A stretch of DNA of 64,000 bases from Tubulanus polymorphus (GCF_964204645.1 NC_134025.1:19381101-19445100); one strand, 5' to 3'; counted from the stretch's first letter, positions 1-13,743 are shown. Made by a program: numbers and translations. Notes: a model not told the origin generated them from the letters alone.

Positions 1-312
1 TATTTAAGGCAGGAGAATAAACCCTAATGTTTTTGATGTTTATGTTTTATACAAGATGGCTGCCACAGTCATATTCCGCAAAAACAAGTTTTAATGATAA
101 TAAAACCTTTGTTGTGGGATGAAACTTTCTGTCTGAAATATTTACCCTATTACAATTTTGTATTCTCTACATGACACTCACTCACTGGCCAAGGGCGACA
201 GGTATTCATTAGGCCATCCCAAAATAATTGTCCGTTTGCCATAACCCAAGCGACCCGACTTAAAAGGTACCAAGTGAAATCTGTTTTCTGGGATTCATTG
301 AAATAAATATTA

Positions 313-2809
313 TTTTTAGGCCAGCCGTAGGCTGAGCCAAACTATACAAATGGAGCGAATTTGAATGAAATGGTTTCCAGAGCTAAGGCTCTTTGACTGC
401 AACTGAGCATATATTCATACAAATCATTCATTAGGGCATAATCCATTCTTCAACCCCTACAAAGCTGAATTTTGAAAGAGGGCTTCGTTAAAATTTATAT
501 GAGCGTTTCGCGAAAATTTGATTGCAAAAATATCTGTTTTAAAAAGCCAATCAGAAAGCAAAGACTCCTCTATGATTGGCTTAGCCGCAGAGATCAGCAG
601 GTGTTCACGTGAACCCGCGGTATCGTCTACTGTTTTACTTCCGGGTTTTATTTTAAGATCTAAAATTGTATTTCAATATCGATTTCCGTGAAATCTTTAG
701 TTGATTTGGTTTTTGGGAGGAATATTTTTATTTGCACTACAGAAAATATCATTGACATTTGTGCAAAGTCTGGGAAAAAAAGCTTTTTCTCAAATCGGAT
801 GGATGACCTTGATATGCTAATTCAGGGTTCGTAGCGATCCTGGAAAGTGCTTAATAGTGCTTGAATCACAAAATGCGTTTTCAAGGCCTTGAAAATGCTT
901 GAATTTTCAAAATTTCAGTAAAAATCATTGGAAGTCCTTGAATTTTTAATGTTGTCCAAATTTTGTCGATTAGTTTGTTGTATTGACTTCAATACGCCCG
1001 CGCACTGCCAACCACGTGTGAGAGTGCTGTGACTCTGTACTGTCAGCCTGCTATAGACTCGTGTATATATACTTGTGTATATATACAGTACAAATGTATT
1101 AGGCACGTGGCTCACTACTGACAATGCGTATACAAATCTATTAGTAGACACGTGGCGGCACTACCGCTATCGCGCGCCGCGTATATACAAATGCCGTTGT
1201 GATGAAATAAACAAACAAAATACTTCTAAATAATTCTAAATAGATTATTGGTAGTAAATAATGACCTCAAATTAATATAAAGACCGTTCTTGATTTTGAC
1301 GATCTTTAGAGTATTAACTATCGAAAAGTGATTTTTTATGTCAGGGTATCCCAAGCTGATCATGATTAAGCGTTAAGCTCTTATCATTTAGACGTTTAAG
1401 CCGGTCATCGAAATTTGTTGGATTCAAAATTAGATAGGCCAGTGTTCCGCGCAAATCCTTTGTATTTGGTGTGATAATGTCGTATACTGTAAATATAATT
1501 CCTTTTGTGCGTGGCTTGGTTATTTCCATGGCCAGCTTATCCTAATCCTGTTGTCACCTGTCAGTTGTCACCTGATTTCACACTACTGAGTGTTAGTATT
1601 TCAATCCTGGTAGTTGTAGTCTAGGAGTTGGCCCTCCAAGTTGGACATTTTTGGTAGCTGTGTCTTGCAGTATTTGTATATTTAAACCAATGGATATTTC
1701 GGGCCATAAACTCGGTAAGCTGTGCTGATTTAATCATACATTGTATTTTTCTGCCTTTCTATGTATAGCGAACTTAATTCGAAATTATGGATTGCTATTT
1801 TTCAAGTCTGTTATTTGGTAGTGTAACTGCAGTGTAAATGTGCTTTAATTCATGGCATGCGAAGGATAATTGTATTCAGAACATTTTTTGTATTTTTTAT
1901 TGCAGTTAATCGTCGTTATTGTTGATAGTAAGGCGCATTAAAGATTTGGCAAATATATTCAATCGTTCGTCGTTGGTTGTCGTTACAGCCAGTATGGGAA
2001 AGTGCCATTTCTCTGACGCCTGGTTGGTGCATGAATCATACAAAAGTTGGATTCAACGCAGACATATCTTCGATGGGAGAAGCGGCTCTAAAGAGCTAAT
2101 TTCAGCCATCGAAACTCAAAAGGAGCAAATTAATCGATTGTAAATAGGTCGATGAGCTGTAATTTAATTTTGTATAATTTTGTTATTTTTGCTTTCGATA
2201 GTATAGCTTTTTGATGGCGAGGTCTACCTGTAGTTCCGTTGAAAGGCCCACAGATTTCTTGTTTTAAAGTTATTAATTTTCTGATACAGTAAATCTTTCT
2301 TAAAATAAAGCTGAAAGATTCCAAAGTTATCAAGTACTCGGCTACGCGTGGATGTTTCTTTATGATGATTTGCGTTTGTACTTCTTTTAAATTTCTGCAA
2401 TAAAGGAATTTTCATTGCAATAAATTCGCCTTAAATAGTAGTGTTTATATGGTATTTTTCAGAAAATAGTACTTGAATTTTGTTGAAATAGGTCCTTGAA
2501 AGTACTTGAATTAAGTTGGGCCTGGAGGCTATGAACCCTGTAATTGGCCATGTGCTCAAACTGCAAATTCACTCAAATCTTATTCTGCAAAACAATATCA
2601 AATCCAATTCAATTTTACTTTATTGAACAAGGTTAAACAGCAAATCCAATTCAATCCAATTTCAATTGAGCAAATTTCAGAAAATTCTATTCTATTCCGC
2701 ATTCAAATCACTAAGACCAAGGGAAAACATTTATCTGAGGTATTTATTCCTGCCAGCTCCAGTCGCTGTCTGTGCTACTTATGAAAGCACGATTGAATTG
2801 TGTAAATTA
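313..2809 (+). mobile_element. Non-autonomous Helentron/HINE-like element (~0.78 kb), copy 1, interrupted by the 823-2540 insertion
   Basis: 313-822 plus 2546-2809 is colinear and highly similar to 17740-18531; starts at a T-run (tttttaggccagccgtaggctgagcc); no TSD seen. Confidence 0.7.
823..2540. mobile_element. Non-autonomous DNA transposon with CAGGG..CCCTG ends and a 5-bp TSD (hAT5-like)
   Basis: TIR cagggttcgtagc / gctatgaaccctg; TSD taatt at 818-822 and 2541-2545; the empty site (gctaattagcc) is visible in the paralogous copy near 18261. Confidence 0.85.
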
Positions 2810-2997
2810 GTATGCAAAGACTAACAATTTCTATCCCTTTGAGGTCAATTTCTATTTCTATTTATACTAACAATTTCTATACCTACTGAATGTACCACAA
2901 GCTTATTCTTTTGTATTTTGGTCTGCATTAAGTTAGCAACTAGAACACGTGGGTCGAGTGAAACTAGTGAAATTGATATAGAAGATTTTCGTTTTAG

Positions 2998-3179
2998 GTG
3001 AAGAGGCTAAGAAAGTATTTAATGATGCCCAAGCAATGCTTAAAAGAATTGTTAGCCAGAAGTGTTTACGTGCTAAAGGAGTGCTGGCATTCTATAAAGC
3101 ACACAGTTCTGTAGATGATATAATTGTGTACAACGAAAATGGTGATCTAATTGAGACATTTTATGGTCTTCGACAGCAG
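2998..3179 (+). CDS. MTR: Methionine synthase (cobalamin-dependent), internal exon of the activation domain; upstream exons lie outside the window
   Basis: tttag|GT..CAG|gtaag boundaries; encodes GEEAKKVFNDAQAMLKRIVSQKCLRAKGVLAFYKAHSSVDDI...TFYGLRQQ, matching the animal MTR C-terminal region. Confidence 0.93.
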
Positions 3180-3403
3180 GTAAGAACTGGAACTCCTTTG
3201 TATATATTTGTACTGGTTGGAAGTAATCCGTGATAATAGATACCTGCATTGTGAGATGTGGCTAAAGATATTTCACCTGTCTCAAATGTCATATAATTAG
3301 TGTTCAAATCTGTTTTCAGTTGTGGATTTTTCACTGCTTATAAAATCAGTAACAATTGGCCTACCAACATTTATTTTTCTTTTGATATTATTTGATGATG
3401 TAG

Positions 3404-3540
3404 GCTGAAAAGGACTCTCATTCAGAGGATCCGTACTTGTGTTTGTCTGACTTTGTTGCCCCAAAAGAAACTAATATTGATGATTACATTGGTATGTTTG
3501 CTGTGAGTACTGGATTTGGAGTGGATCAACTTTGTGATGA
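3404..3540 (+). CDS. MTR: Methionine synthase exon
   Basis: tag|..|gtaagt; [45 protein letters not shown] (CLSDFxAP motif); phase is consistent with flanking exons. Confidence 0.93.
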
Positions 3541-3894
3541 GTAAGTGAAATCATGTGAATTCATTAAGTTAGAAAAGCTGTGATAATGATGTGATGTGAA
3601 TTATGTGAATTAGATGTGATGATTGGGTCAGCTTAAAATCCTATCTATTTTGAATCCTATTGTAACCGTTTTTGTGTAGCTGATGATTAAAGTCAGGGCG
3701 GAATCGGGTGGCTTGAAGGCTTATAGGTTAAGATGAGTTTCACTGATTGATCAGCCACCATTTTTTCCAAGTAACCCACTCACCAAGCAGGTTACATGAG
3801 CATTGGAACTACCCTGTGACTGTCAAAACAAATGCTTCAGAGCCTTCCTTGAGTAGGATACTCTATATTGTCATGTTTTTATTTCTATTTATAG

Positions 3895-3961
3895 GTTTGA
3901 GAAAAAGTTTGATGATTATAGCATTATAATGGTAAAAGCATTGGCTGATAGATTAGCTGAG
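3895..3961 (+). CDS. MTR: Methionine synthase exon
   Basis: atag|..|gtaag; FEKKFDDYSIIMVKALADRLAE. Confidence 0.93.
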
Positions 3962-4718
3962 GTAAGAAAGGAAACAGAATCACTTCAGACCAACAAAATT
4001 TATTAGATGTATCCATCCCACTTAAAGAAGTGAAGCCTTAACAAACTCTGATTAAAGGATTTATCAGATTACAAAATCCGTCAAAACACATTCGCTGTTA
4101 TGTCATCGTCATTTACCCATTAGAAACATCTCATAGGCCTACTTTGTAGCAGTAAATCTTGAATTGAATTAAATTGGTAGATTTAGCTGGCAAAAAGTAG
4201 TGTGTTAATACACGATGAAATGAACAAAATTTCCTACAAATATCTACATTCAGCTGAAATGATCATTATGCAACTCTTTCAAGATCAGGAATGTTGGATG
4301 TTAAGGGTTAAATTGACCGATACATACTTTTTGCAGGGGTTCAAATCAATCCCCATCTTCAAGAAAGTGCCCCTCAAAAAGTTGGCAAAATCTTTTAAGG
4401 GGCTATCTGAGTTGGTCTTTTTTGACACACCAGTTCATTGTTAGTCCAGTTCGTTGCCTACTTGCCTAATCAGTATACCAGTTATTAGATTTGTGTTTCA
4501 TCTGTAATCAGTTAGCCCTGAATAACATTACCATTTCATTTGTTTGTTTTGTACTATTGAGCAAAATATCATTTGAAATTGGTTTTCTTCATCTTAGTCA
4601 TGATCGGAGGAATCTCCATTCTCGTCTGAGAGATTTCCCTTCTTCAGGAGAGGAACTGCCCTTCAAAAACCCTTGTTTTGTGTACTATTAATAATCTATT
4701 ATCTTTTTTGTTAATAAG

Positions 4719-4820
4719 GCATTTGCTGAGGAATTACACGAAAAAGTTCGAAAGGAATACTGGAGATATTCAAGTGAAGAATGTTTTGAGACATCAGATT
4801 TACACAAAATCAAATATGAG
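4719..4820 (+). CDS. MTR: Methionine synthase exon
   Basis: taag|..|gttagt; AFAEELHEKVRKEYWRYSSEECFETSDLHKIKYE. Confidence 0.92.
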
Positions 4821-5978
4821 GTTAGTCATCTGATTACCATAATGATTAATACTGCATGTTAACCTTTAACACTCAAAATTAAATTTTGAAATTTTTGAGC
4901 TGCGGAATACTAAACTTTTATCATTAAATATCTACCGCCACAAAGCTATAAGCCACGTTGACACTACAGTATGGAGAATAGATTTCGTACTAGCTAAAAG
5001 CTTGTTCCAAATTGGCCTGTTCCAACCTAAATTACCAATCCAGGTCTGTTATAAATTTTGGAAATTTATTTCCGTGTTCGCCACGCGGCTGATTCACTGA
5101 TGATACTGATCAGCTGATAGCATAGAATTTTTTAAGATGAGTCTGTTATATTTAAACGACTAATAATTGTGTTATCATCATTAATTGAAGTCATTTTATT
5201 GACGTTCGCATTAACGATCCATTTTTGAGCCTGATTATTTGAATTAGTGTTAATTTCAGCAAAGTGATGAGCGTTTGCGTTAAAAACAATCGTGTACAGT
5301 CGCGTAGGCAATATCAGCTTATACTCTTGTGTTCATTGCGTGTATGTATCAGTTATAGATAATGTGCGCCTAGGCACAGGTCGGGCGTAACAACGATTCT
5401 GAGTGAAGATGTAAGCTTGCCTGCCTACTTAAAGCAATCCTATTGTCAAATTATTAAAAACCATGTCAGTCGATAAACTTTATTTCGTCAGTAACTGGCA
5501 CTGGCCTCAAATTTGCATAGACTTGTGAGCTTCTGTCCTAATTGAGCCGTATGATAATGAAAAACCTCCGATGAAACCCAGGCTCTCACTTCGGTTCGTC
5601 ACTGTCGGGTCACTCATAGTTTTAGTTGTTTTTTATGTCATTCTATGAATGTATTAGAATATGAAATTGATTTGTTGAGACAGAAATTCCCAAAATCAAT
5701 TTTTCGAAGATTTCATTCTTGTTAAAAAGTCAGTTATCACTGACCAAAATTAAGTCCTTTTTGATATATGTTTTACCTTCATGATGTAGTCATGAAGGTT
5801 ATAAGATGGTAGTGAGTCGATGACGTCATTTCGTGTCACCACTTATAAGTTGTTGGTGGGAGTTCAGACAAAGATTTGTCAAATGAATAAATACTTTAAT
5901 CTTATTAATGCAGAGTGTGAAATTTCGCTTTTTGATGGGTTTCGTCGTCAGATGAACCCATCTATGGCATCGTCGTCA

Positions 5979-6113
<135 letters not shown>

Positions 6114-7182
6114 GGATGTTTCTTTATGACACGATTTAAGCTGTTTGTGTGGACCGACAATTCTGTAATTTCACACAGGTATTCTCTACTAGATGTAGAT
6201 GGTGCAGCTTGGTTTATATTTGATTCCGATGGTTATAAGTGCTCTAATTTGGTTAAAAGATAATTAACATTACTCGCTAGTTCAAGCCGCTGTATAGCGC
6301 GTTGCTACGACGACACTCGATCAACATACTGGTACTCGCTGTGTAATACTGAACACGTATATACCTGTAGATATTGATCGTACTAGCACCGGTTTTAGAT
6401 AGCGCGCGCGCTGATCGGTCTTAACACTTCTCGGAACTGCTGTGCTAAATGCTGAGAGGCCGAATCTATGCGCAATCATTTATTGGGCTCGTCACATTTG
6501 ATAGTGAATGGATAAATAACAGGTGTCAATGACGGTCGCTACTCCCCATCAGTATAACTCATCAGTATAAGAAATAATTCTTTCGAGTTTTTTTTTTCAA
6601 TCCCCGAAGTTGTTGTTACTATGTTGACCTCGCCGTTTTATAAGCTTACCGATGATTCTTCTAGTATTTTCAGGGTCACAAGACATGACGAAGTCGCAAA
6701 GTTTTGTACAAATTTCACGAAACAAACAATTATTTAGGCGGCACCTGATCTATTGATTAATTATGATAAATAATGTTTATTTCATTAAAAATTTGTTTTA
6801 TTCAAACACTACTTTCATCGCACATAGCGTGATCGGTAGGCCCTACTATTCTACGGTAGGCCATGGACTCTTTCATGTGGTAGACCTATTACAAATGATA
6901 CAATCCGCGCGTCCGTGAATAAGTGACACGTGGTGGGGCGGGTTGTGAGGAGCATCGAAACTAATCCGTCACAAATAATAGATAGAAAACAATACCTTAA
7001 GAGGTTAACTTTTATTAACATCATTATCATTATCATACGCAAGGTAGTATCCTAAGTCGTCTTCTGTTTAATGTCATGACAAATGACATACACAGTAATC
7101 CAAAATATACCAGACCGAGTAAATTTCCAAAACGACCTTAACACACTGTTCGACCAAAAAACTTAATGTTCCGACAAAACCA

Positions 7183-7445
7183 CGGGCGACAAAACCAAAA
7201 TTATGAATTGTCGCGGGTGACAAAACCAAAATAATGAATTGTCGCGGGCGATAAAACAAAAATAATGAATTATCGCAGGCGATAAAACCAAAATATTGAA
7301 TTGTCGCGGGCGATTAAACCAAAATAATGAATTGTCGCGGGCGACAAAACCAAAATAATGAATTGTCGCGGACGACAAAAACAAACTATTGAATTGTTGC
7401 GTGCGACAAAACCAAAATAATGAAATGTCGCGGGTGACAAAACCA
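7183..7445. repeat. 31-bp minisatellite, left part (unit gcgacaaaaccaaaataatgaattgtcgcgg)
   Basis: Head-to-tail units; each contains the inverted pair gcgacaa..ttgtcgc. Confidence 0.9.
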
Positions 7446-9724
7446 AACTAGGGGTCCAGGGACACCATGCTCACTTGGGCAGTGGTTTCAAATGCTCAAC
7501 AATCTAACAATTTCAATACATAACGCCCTCTAGTGACCATATACAAAAACCAATGACCTTGAAACCCACCACAATCATAGAACATGTGAGCAGCTATGAT
7601 TTTGTAATTGATTGTGATAACAAAATATGCCTCGTTACCAATTTAATATGGAAATACTAAGTTATTCTACTATTCAACGCCCCCTCGTGACCAAATGCAA
7701 AACCCAATGACCTTAAACTCACCACAATCGTAGTACATGTCATGAAATACAACTTTGCAATTGATCATAGTAACAAAATATGCCTAGGTACCAATCTAAT
7801 AAGGAAATACTAAGCCATTCTACTATTCAGCGCCCCCTGGTGACTATATGGAATAACTCATGTCCTTAAAAACTCACCACAATCATAGAGGATGTCATGA
7901 ACTACAACTTTGCAATGGATCATGGTAACAAACTATGCCTAGGTACCAATCTAATAAGGAAAAACTAAGCTTTTCTACTATTCAACGCCCCCTGGTGACT
8001 ATATGGAATAACTAATGTCCTTAAAAACTCACCACAATCATAGACGATGTCATGAACTACAACTTTGCCATTGATCATGGTAACAAAATATGCCTTGGTA
8101 CAAATATAATATAGCGATACTAAGTTATTGTATTATTCAACGCCCCCTGATGGCCACATACAAAAACCAATGACCTTGAAACTCACCAAAATCATAAAAC
8201 ATGTTATGGGCTACAACTTTCCAATAGAATATAGTAACACAATATGCTTAGGTATCAATTAATTGTGAAAAAACTTTTTCCCACCTACGAATGAGTACTG
8301 ATGACACCAAGATGGCCGCCAATTGCGTCATAATTGGCTGATCAAAAATACCTGTCCCAGGTATAAAACATCCCTCTCTAAAGAATACCCATCACAAATT
8401 GCAATGAGAAATGGCAAACCAGTAGGAAGCTACAGGACCTAGAATTCTGGCCAAAATTGACATTTTTGGGCACTAAAAAGGTCATAGGACGGCCATCTTG
8501 AGTCAGATCGACCCAATTTTCTTATGCTGATTGGCCTTTGGTAGATTCAAATTTAAACGAAAGATCAAGGTAATTGATCAAAGCGTCTTCAAAATTTCCC
8601 ACGAAAACTTCGAAAATGTTTAAAAAGTGCTGATTTTGGCAAACAACAATGGCTGCGAGTCGGCCATCTTGAATCTGACAAGGCCAGTTTTTGGGCTGAC
8701 GATGTGTCTAGGGTAGATACATGTATAAACCAAATATCAAGACATTACCTTGAAGCGTCTTCAAAACTTTAATATGGAAATACTAAGTTATTCTACTATT
8801 CAATGCCCCCTGGTGACCATATGCAAAACCTAATGACCTTAAAACTCACCACAATCGTAGTACATGTCATGAAATACAACTTTGCAATTGATCATAGTAA
8901 CAAAATATGCCTAGGTACCAATCTAATAAGGAAATACTAAGCCATTCTACTATTCAGCGCCCCCTGGTGACTATATGGAATAACTAATGTCCTTAAAAAC
9001 TCACCACAATCATAGACGATGTCATGAACTACAACTTTGCAATGGATCATGGTAACAAACTATGCCTAGGTACCAATCTAATAAGGAAAAACTAAGCTTT
9101 TCTACTATTCAACGCCCCCTGGTGACTATATGGAATAACTAATGTCCTTAAAAACTCACCACAATCATAGACGATGACATGAACTACAACTTTGCCATTG
9201 ATCATGGTAACAAAATATGCCTTGGTACAAATATAATATAGCGATACTAAGTTATTGTATTATTCAACGCCCCCTGATGGCCACATACAAAAACCATTGA
9301 CCTTGAAACTCACCAAAATCATAGAACACGTTATGGCCTACAACTTTCCAATTGAATATAGTAACACAATATGCTTAGGTATCAATTAATTGTGGAAAAA
9401 CTTTTTCCCACCTACGAATGAGTACTGATGACACCAAGATGGCCGCCAATTGCGTCATAATTGGCTGATCAAAAATACCTGTCCCAGGTATAAAACATCC
9501 CTCTCTAAAGAATATCCATCAGCAATTGCAATGAGAAATGGCAAACCAGTAGGAAGCTACAGGACCTAGAATTCTGGCCAAAATTGACATTTTTGGGCAC
9601 TAAAAAGGTCATAGGACGGCCATCTTGAGTCAGATCGACCCAATTTTCTTATGCTGATGGGCCTTTGGTAGATTCAAATATAAACGAAAGATCAAGGTAA
9701 TTGATCAAGCGTCTTCAAAATTTT
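7446..9724 (-). mobile_element. HINE/DINE-like Helentron derivative, internally duplicated, inserted in the 31-bp array
   Basis: Begins with the reverse complement of the 3' end (aactaggggtccagggacaccatgctcacttggg); ~154-bp central repeats; the segment from ~7641 onward is repeated from ~8769; same family as 44162-45305 and 53112-55629. Confidence 0.85.
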
Positions 9725-9726
9725 CT

Positions 9727-10300
9727 TCGGGCGACAAAACCAAAATGATGAATTGTTGCGGGCGATAAAACCAAAATAATGAATTGTCTTGTGCGACAAA
9801 ACCAAAATATTGAATTGTCGCGGGCGACAAAACCAAAATATTGAATTGTCGCGGGCGACAAAACCAAAATATTGAATTGTCGCAGGCGACAAAAGCAAAA
9901 TAATGAATTGTCGCGGGCGACAAAACCAAAAAAAGAATTGTGGGGGCGACAAAACCAAAATAATGATTTGTCGCGGGCGACAAAACCAAAATGGTGAATT
10001 GTCGCGGGTGACAAAACCAAAATAATGAATTGTTGCGGGCGATAAAACCAAAATGATGAATTGTCTCGGGCGACAAAACCAAGATAATGAATTGTCGCTG
10101 GCGATAAAACCAAAGTAGTGAATTGTCATAAGCGATAAAACCAAAATATTGAATTTTCGCGGGCGACAAAACCAAAATAATGAATTGTCGCAAGCGATAA
10201 AACCAAAATAATGAATTGTCGCGGGCGATAAAACCAAAATATTGAATTGTCGCGTGTGACAAAACCAAAATAATGAATTGGTGCGGGCGACAAAATCAAA
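9727..10300. repeat. 31-bp minisatellite, right part
   Basis: Same unit as 7183-7445; about 18 units. Confidence 0.9.
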
Positions 10301-11514
10301 ATCATTGTTTTCTCGCGTTATTTTAGTTTTGTCGTAATGTCGCCCTTATTTGCATATTCATGTTTTTTCACCTTGTATCAGCCACCATACGGTTGCGTAA
10401 AACTCGATAAACACTTCAAGCGACACAGCGAACGATCTCCTTTCCCCCACAGCGAACGCTTACTCCGAATGTCAAGTGTGAGTCCAGGATACGGATAGGA
10501 GTGTGTTATATACTTGTATTTAGTAAATACCTTGTGCATTTGACAATGATCGGTATGTACTGTAGGAAATATAGAGTATTGATAAATGGTTGAAGCCCGC
10601 GGCCGAATAAAGTAATATATTCTTTTATTTTGATACCTCGTCGACATAACAGCTTTTCTCCGCCATATCTCTTCGGCCTGTTTAGTTTAGGCCTACGATG
10701 AAAATTTATCTTAGTAAATACACGGTTAATTCGGTAAAGAAAAATAGGTATTGTTAAACTAACTCCTTGAAACCCGCAGCCAAATCACTGGTAGTAATAA
10801 ATTAATTTGTACTCGATTTGATTCTCATGATGAGGAGAAACTCGCAGCTCATCCCCGGAACGTCGATGTAGTAACACACGTCGATTCGTCGATGTTTACG
10901 GCTCGACAGTGCTTTTAAAATCTAAAGTAGTAAATTTCCAGTGTATCGGTAATATGATTTAATGAGGAAAATGGGCTATTGTTAAAATCACTGTTTGAAG
11001 ACCGCGACTGAATGTGAAGTCTGCGGCAATAAATTAGTTCATTTATACTTGAATTGATAATCGAAGTGAAAGTCGGCCTGCGGGTTGATTTCGGGATGAC
11101 GACTCGAAAAACATGTCGCCCCATTGAATGGGGCTAAATTTTCGATGTTTACGGCCCGACAGCGCTTTTGTAACGATGATTCGTGAAAAAACACGCGGGC
11201 TATTTGTAGATCTCAGTGAGCTGAACGATATTATATGGATTGTATATGAAACAGCGGTAAGGTAACAAAGCCTATGTTCTTTTGGTAAAAATAGTGTGGA
11301 AGAAAATAATAATAATAATAATCACGCGGATATCAATAGGGTTTTCTGTGAAATAACAGAAAACCCTAATGAGGTGCTCAAAGTTAATTAAAGTTCCCGC
11401 CAAAGAAATGAATAATAAATACATAAATTCAATATTATATTATTTAACTCTTAATAATAATTGAGCTGATATTTCAGGAGTAAATATAAAGTAAGTATTA
11501 TAAATCGGATAAAA

Positions 11515-13630
11515 ATGAATTAATTGAAACGTCAGATATATTTTGCGATAATATGATGCTATATAAAATTATGTTAGAACAAGAAATTATAAAAGAAAAT
11601 AGAACAACTTTTCTTAACGTTAATCAGAGAAAGATAACACATTATGAAATTAAAGAATGTTTTAATCAAGGAAATGTTATATTAGATAACTTAGCTATAA
11701 AAATTACACCTGTTTTAACAGTTCATGACGATAATTCAAAATCATATATCTTAAGGAGAATTAATCAAGAATTAAAATTAACAGATTATATTGCAGTATT
11801 TAAAATTTCATTATGCAATCAAAATTTAAATGAATTAATTCAGAAAATGGATAATATTGAAAAATTATTAAATGAAAGAAATTACAATATATTAGATGTA
11901 GATGTTACACAAGATTTTAAAGGATCATTTAATTCGGATGAAATAAAACCAATGTTCGAAAATAGAAAACATAAAGTTCTAATGAATTTTCTAATCGTTG
12001 TGTTTCAGCATTACATAGTGATTATAGAATAAAGATCTATAATAAAACAGCATGTCAATTCAAATCTCCTGGTGTAAATATAAATTTTGGTTCAAATTTA
12101 ATGAGTTTCATAAATTGCTATCAAGAAAGGTTGAAAGAATCATTTGAAAAATCAATTGAAACAGGATTAATTAGGATCGAAATAACTAGTATATTTCATT
12201 TAAAATAGGATTAAAAATGATGGAAAATATAAAACAATACTTAAAAAAAGAAAATATATACTATTCACCTGCATATTTACAACTTAAATCGTTATTTGAT
12301 GAGGTAAAACAGACTGTATGTATTTATGATTTGATTGAAAAATGCTTTTATTTCTGTTATTATGGTGATTTATTAGCAAGAAAATGTATAGAATATAAAT
12401 CTAAGATAAAATATTGAAGAGTTCTCCTTTTTACTCGTTTTATCAATGTTGACAATTAAAAATATTCCCTGTTTATACAACACAATTAATCAAAATGATG
12501 ATAAATCAGAATTCATTATTGAAGCAAAAAAATATATCAAAACTGAAGGATCGACTGTTACATCATCAACTAATTCAATGTTTACAATATTGAATCAATT
12601 AATATTTAGATTTAAATTACGTGAAACGGGAATTAGTTTTACAACTTTAAAAAAGGGATTCAATATAAAATCTAAACCTTTTTATGAATAAGATGCACTT
12701 GATATTGAAGAAGATTTTGATATAAAATTATTATCTAAAAGTGAATTTAAAAAATTAGAAGAAATGAAAGAACTTAAACAATTTCAAGAAGATATCGATG
12801 AAAATAGAAATAAATTTGTAATGAATTAAAGCAACAAATAGATATCGATAATGAATTATTTGAGACGGAATTTAAAAAACTTGAAATAATTCCTGAAGAA
12901 AAATTATATGATTATACTCCTAAAATATCTGGAATTGAAAATAATACAATTTTTGAAATTAAATGTTTTTCAACGAAGTGTAAATGTTTAACAGATCTTT
13001 CTTTCAGTTATATTTTAACAGATCAAGGTTTATTTGAAACTACTACTGATAAGAGAATTATTGATTAAAACACTACAAATTAGATGTATTAAATGATATT
13101 TATTTTGAAATGTCTTCGATAGAAAAAATTATCAAAAAGTTAAAAAAAGGTTGCAGTAGTCCTGATAGACACTTTATTTTATCAATATTAGAAAAACCTA
13201 TTTTCCAAGTTAAGACAATATCACATAATCATTTTGAAATAATTGATAAAATGGATTTTGAATTGATGAAAAAGTATACTGAATATTTGAAAATAAATTC
13301 TAACGATTTTACTAATGTATGTGATATACGTAAAGTATCTGATTATTTAAGAAAACTTAAACTTAACAATATAAAAATTAAAGAATGCAAACGTTTAGAA
13401 CTATTGAAAGATAATTCTGAATATAATATTGATTTCATTAAACCTAGCTATTTTAGAAATAAATTACATCACCAATTTTAATTCATAATGACGAAAATAT
13501 GGACATGTCAAATGAATTTTTCGATAAAGAAATGATTAAGAATAATATAACAGATTGTCAGTTGATAAAATTGATTACGTATAAGCAAAAATATAATTCT
13601 CAGCGGCATAAAGAATTAGTAGTAAGTTAA
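11515..13630 (+). pseudogene. Disrupted ~700-codon gene with Rep_trans-like rolling-circle replication initiator motifs (endogenous virus or mobile element)
   Basis: ORF fragments 11553-12032, ~11990-12208, 12217-12417, 12446-12691, ~12692-13066, 13110-13481 and ~13480-13630 abut on one strand via frameshifts or stops; ordered motifs DVDVTQDF (11895-11918), RIKIYNK (12026-12046) and GLIRIEIT (12164-12187); strongly AT-rich and intronless. Confidence 0.6.
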
Positions 13631-13743
13631 ATTGTTATTTGATTTGATTATGTATTTGAAACATATACAAGTTTAATATTTTAAAAATATTAAATCAAAA
13701 ACTAGTAAATATTTATATATTTTTTAATTGTTTTCTTAAGTAA

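Noticed and set aside
9692-10268. Three overlapping 130-190-aa minus-strand ORFs (also 7074-7384)
   Set aside because: Translation artefacts of the 31-bp minisatellite.
7183-10300. 31-bp palindromic repeats resembling a CRISPR array
   Set aside because: Units are contiguous with no unique spacers, there are no cas genes, and the context is a eukaryotic intron.
11515-13630. Island as an autonomous Helitron/Helentron, Polinton core gene or NUMT
   Set aside because: No HUH or PIF1 helicase, pPolB, integrase or capsid motifs were recognised. The protein is hydrophilic and unlike mitochondrial genes, and the disruptions are frameshifts and TAA/TAG stops, so an alternative genetic code does not rescue it.
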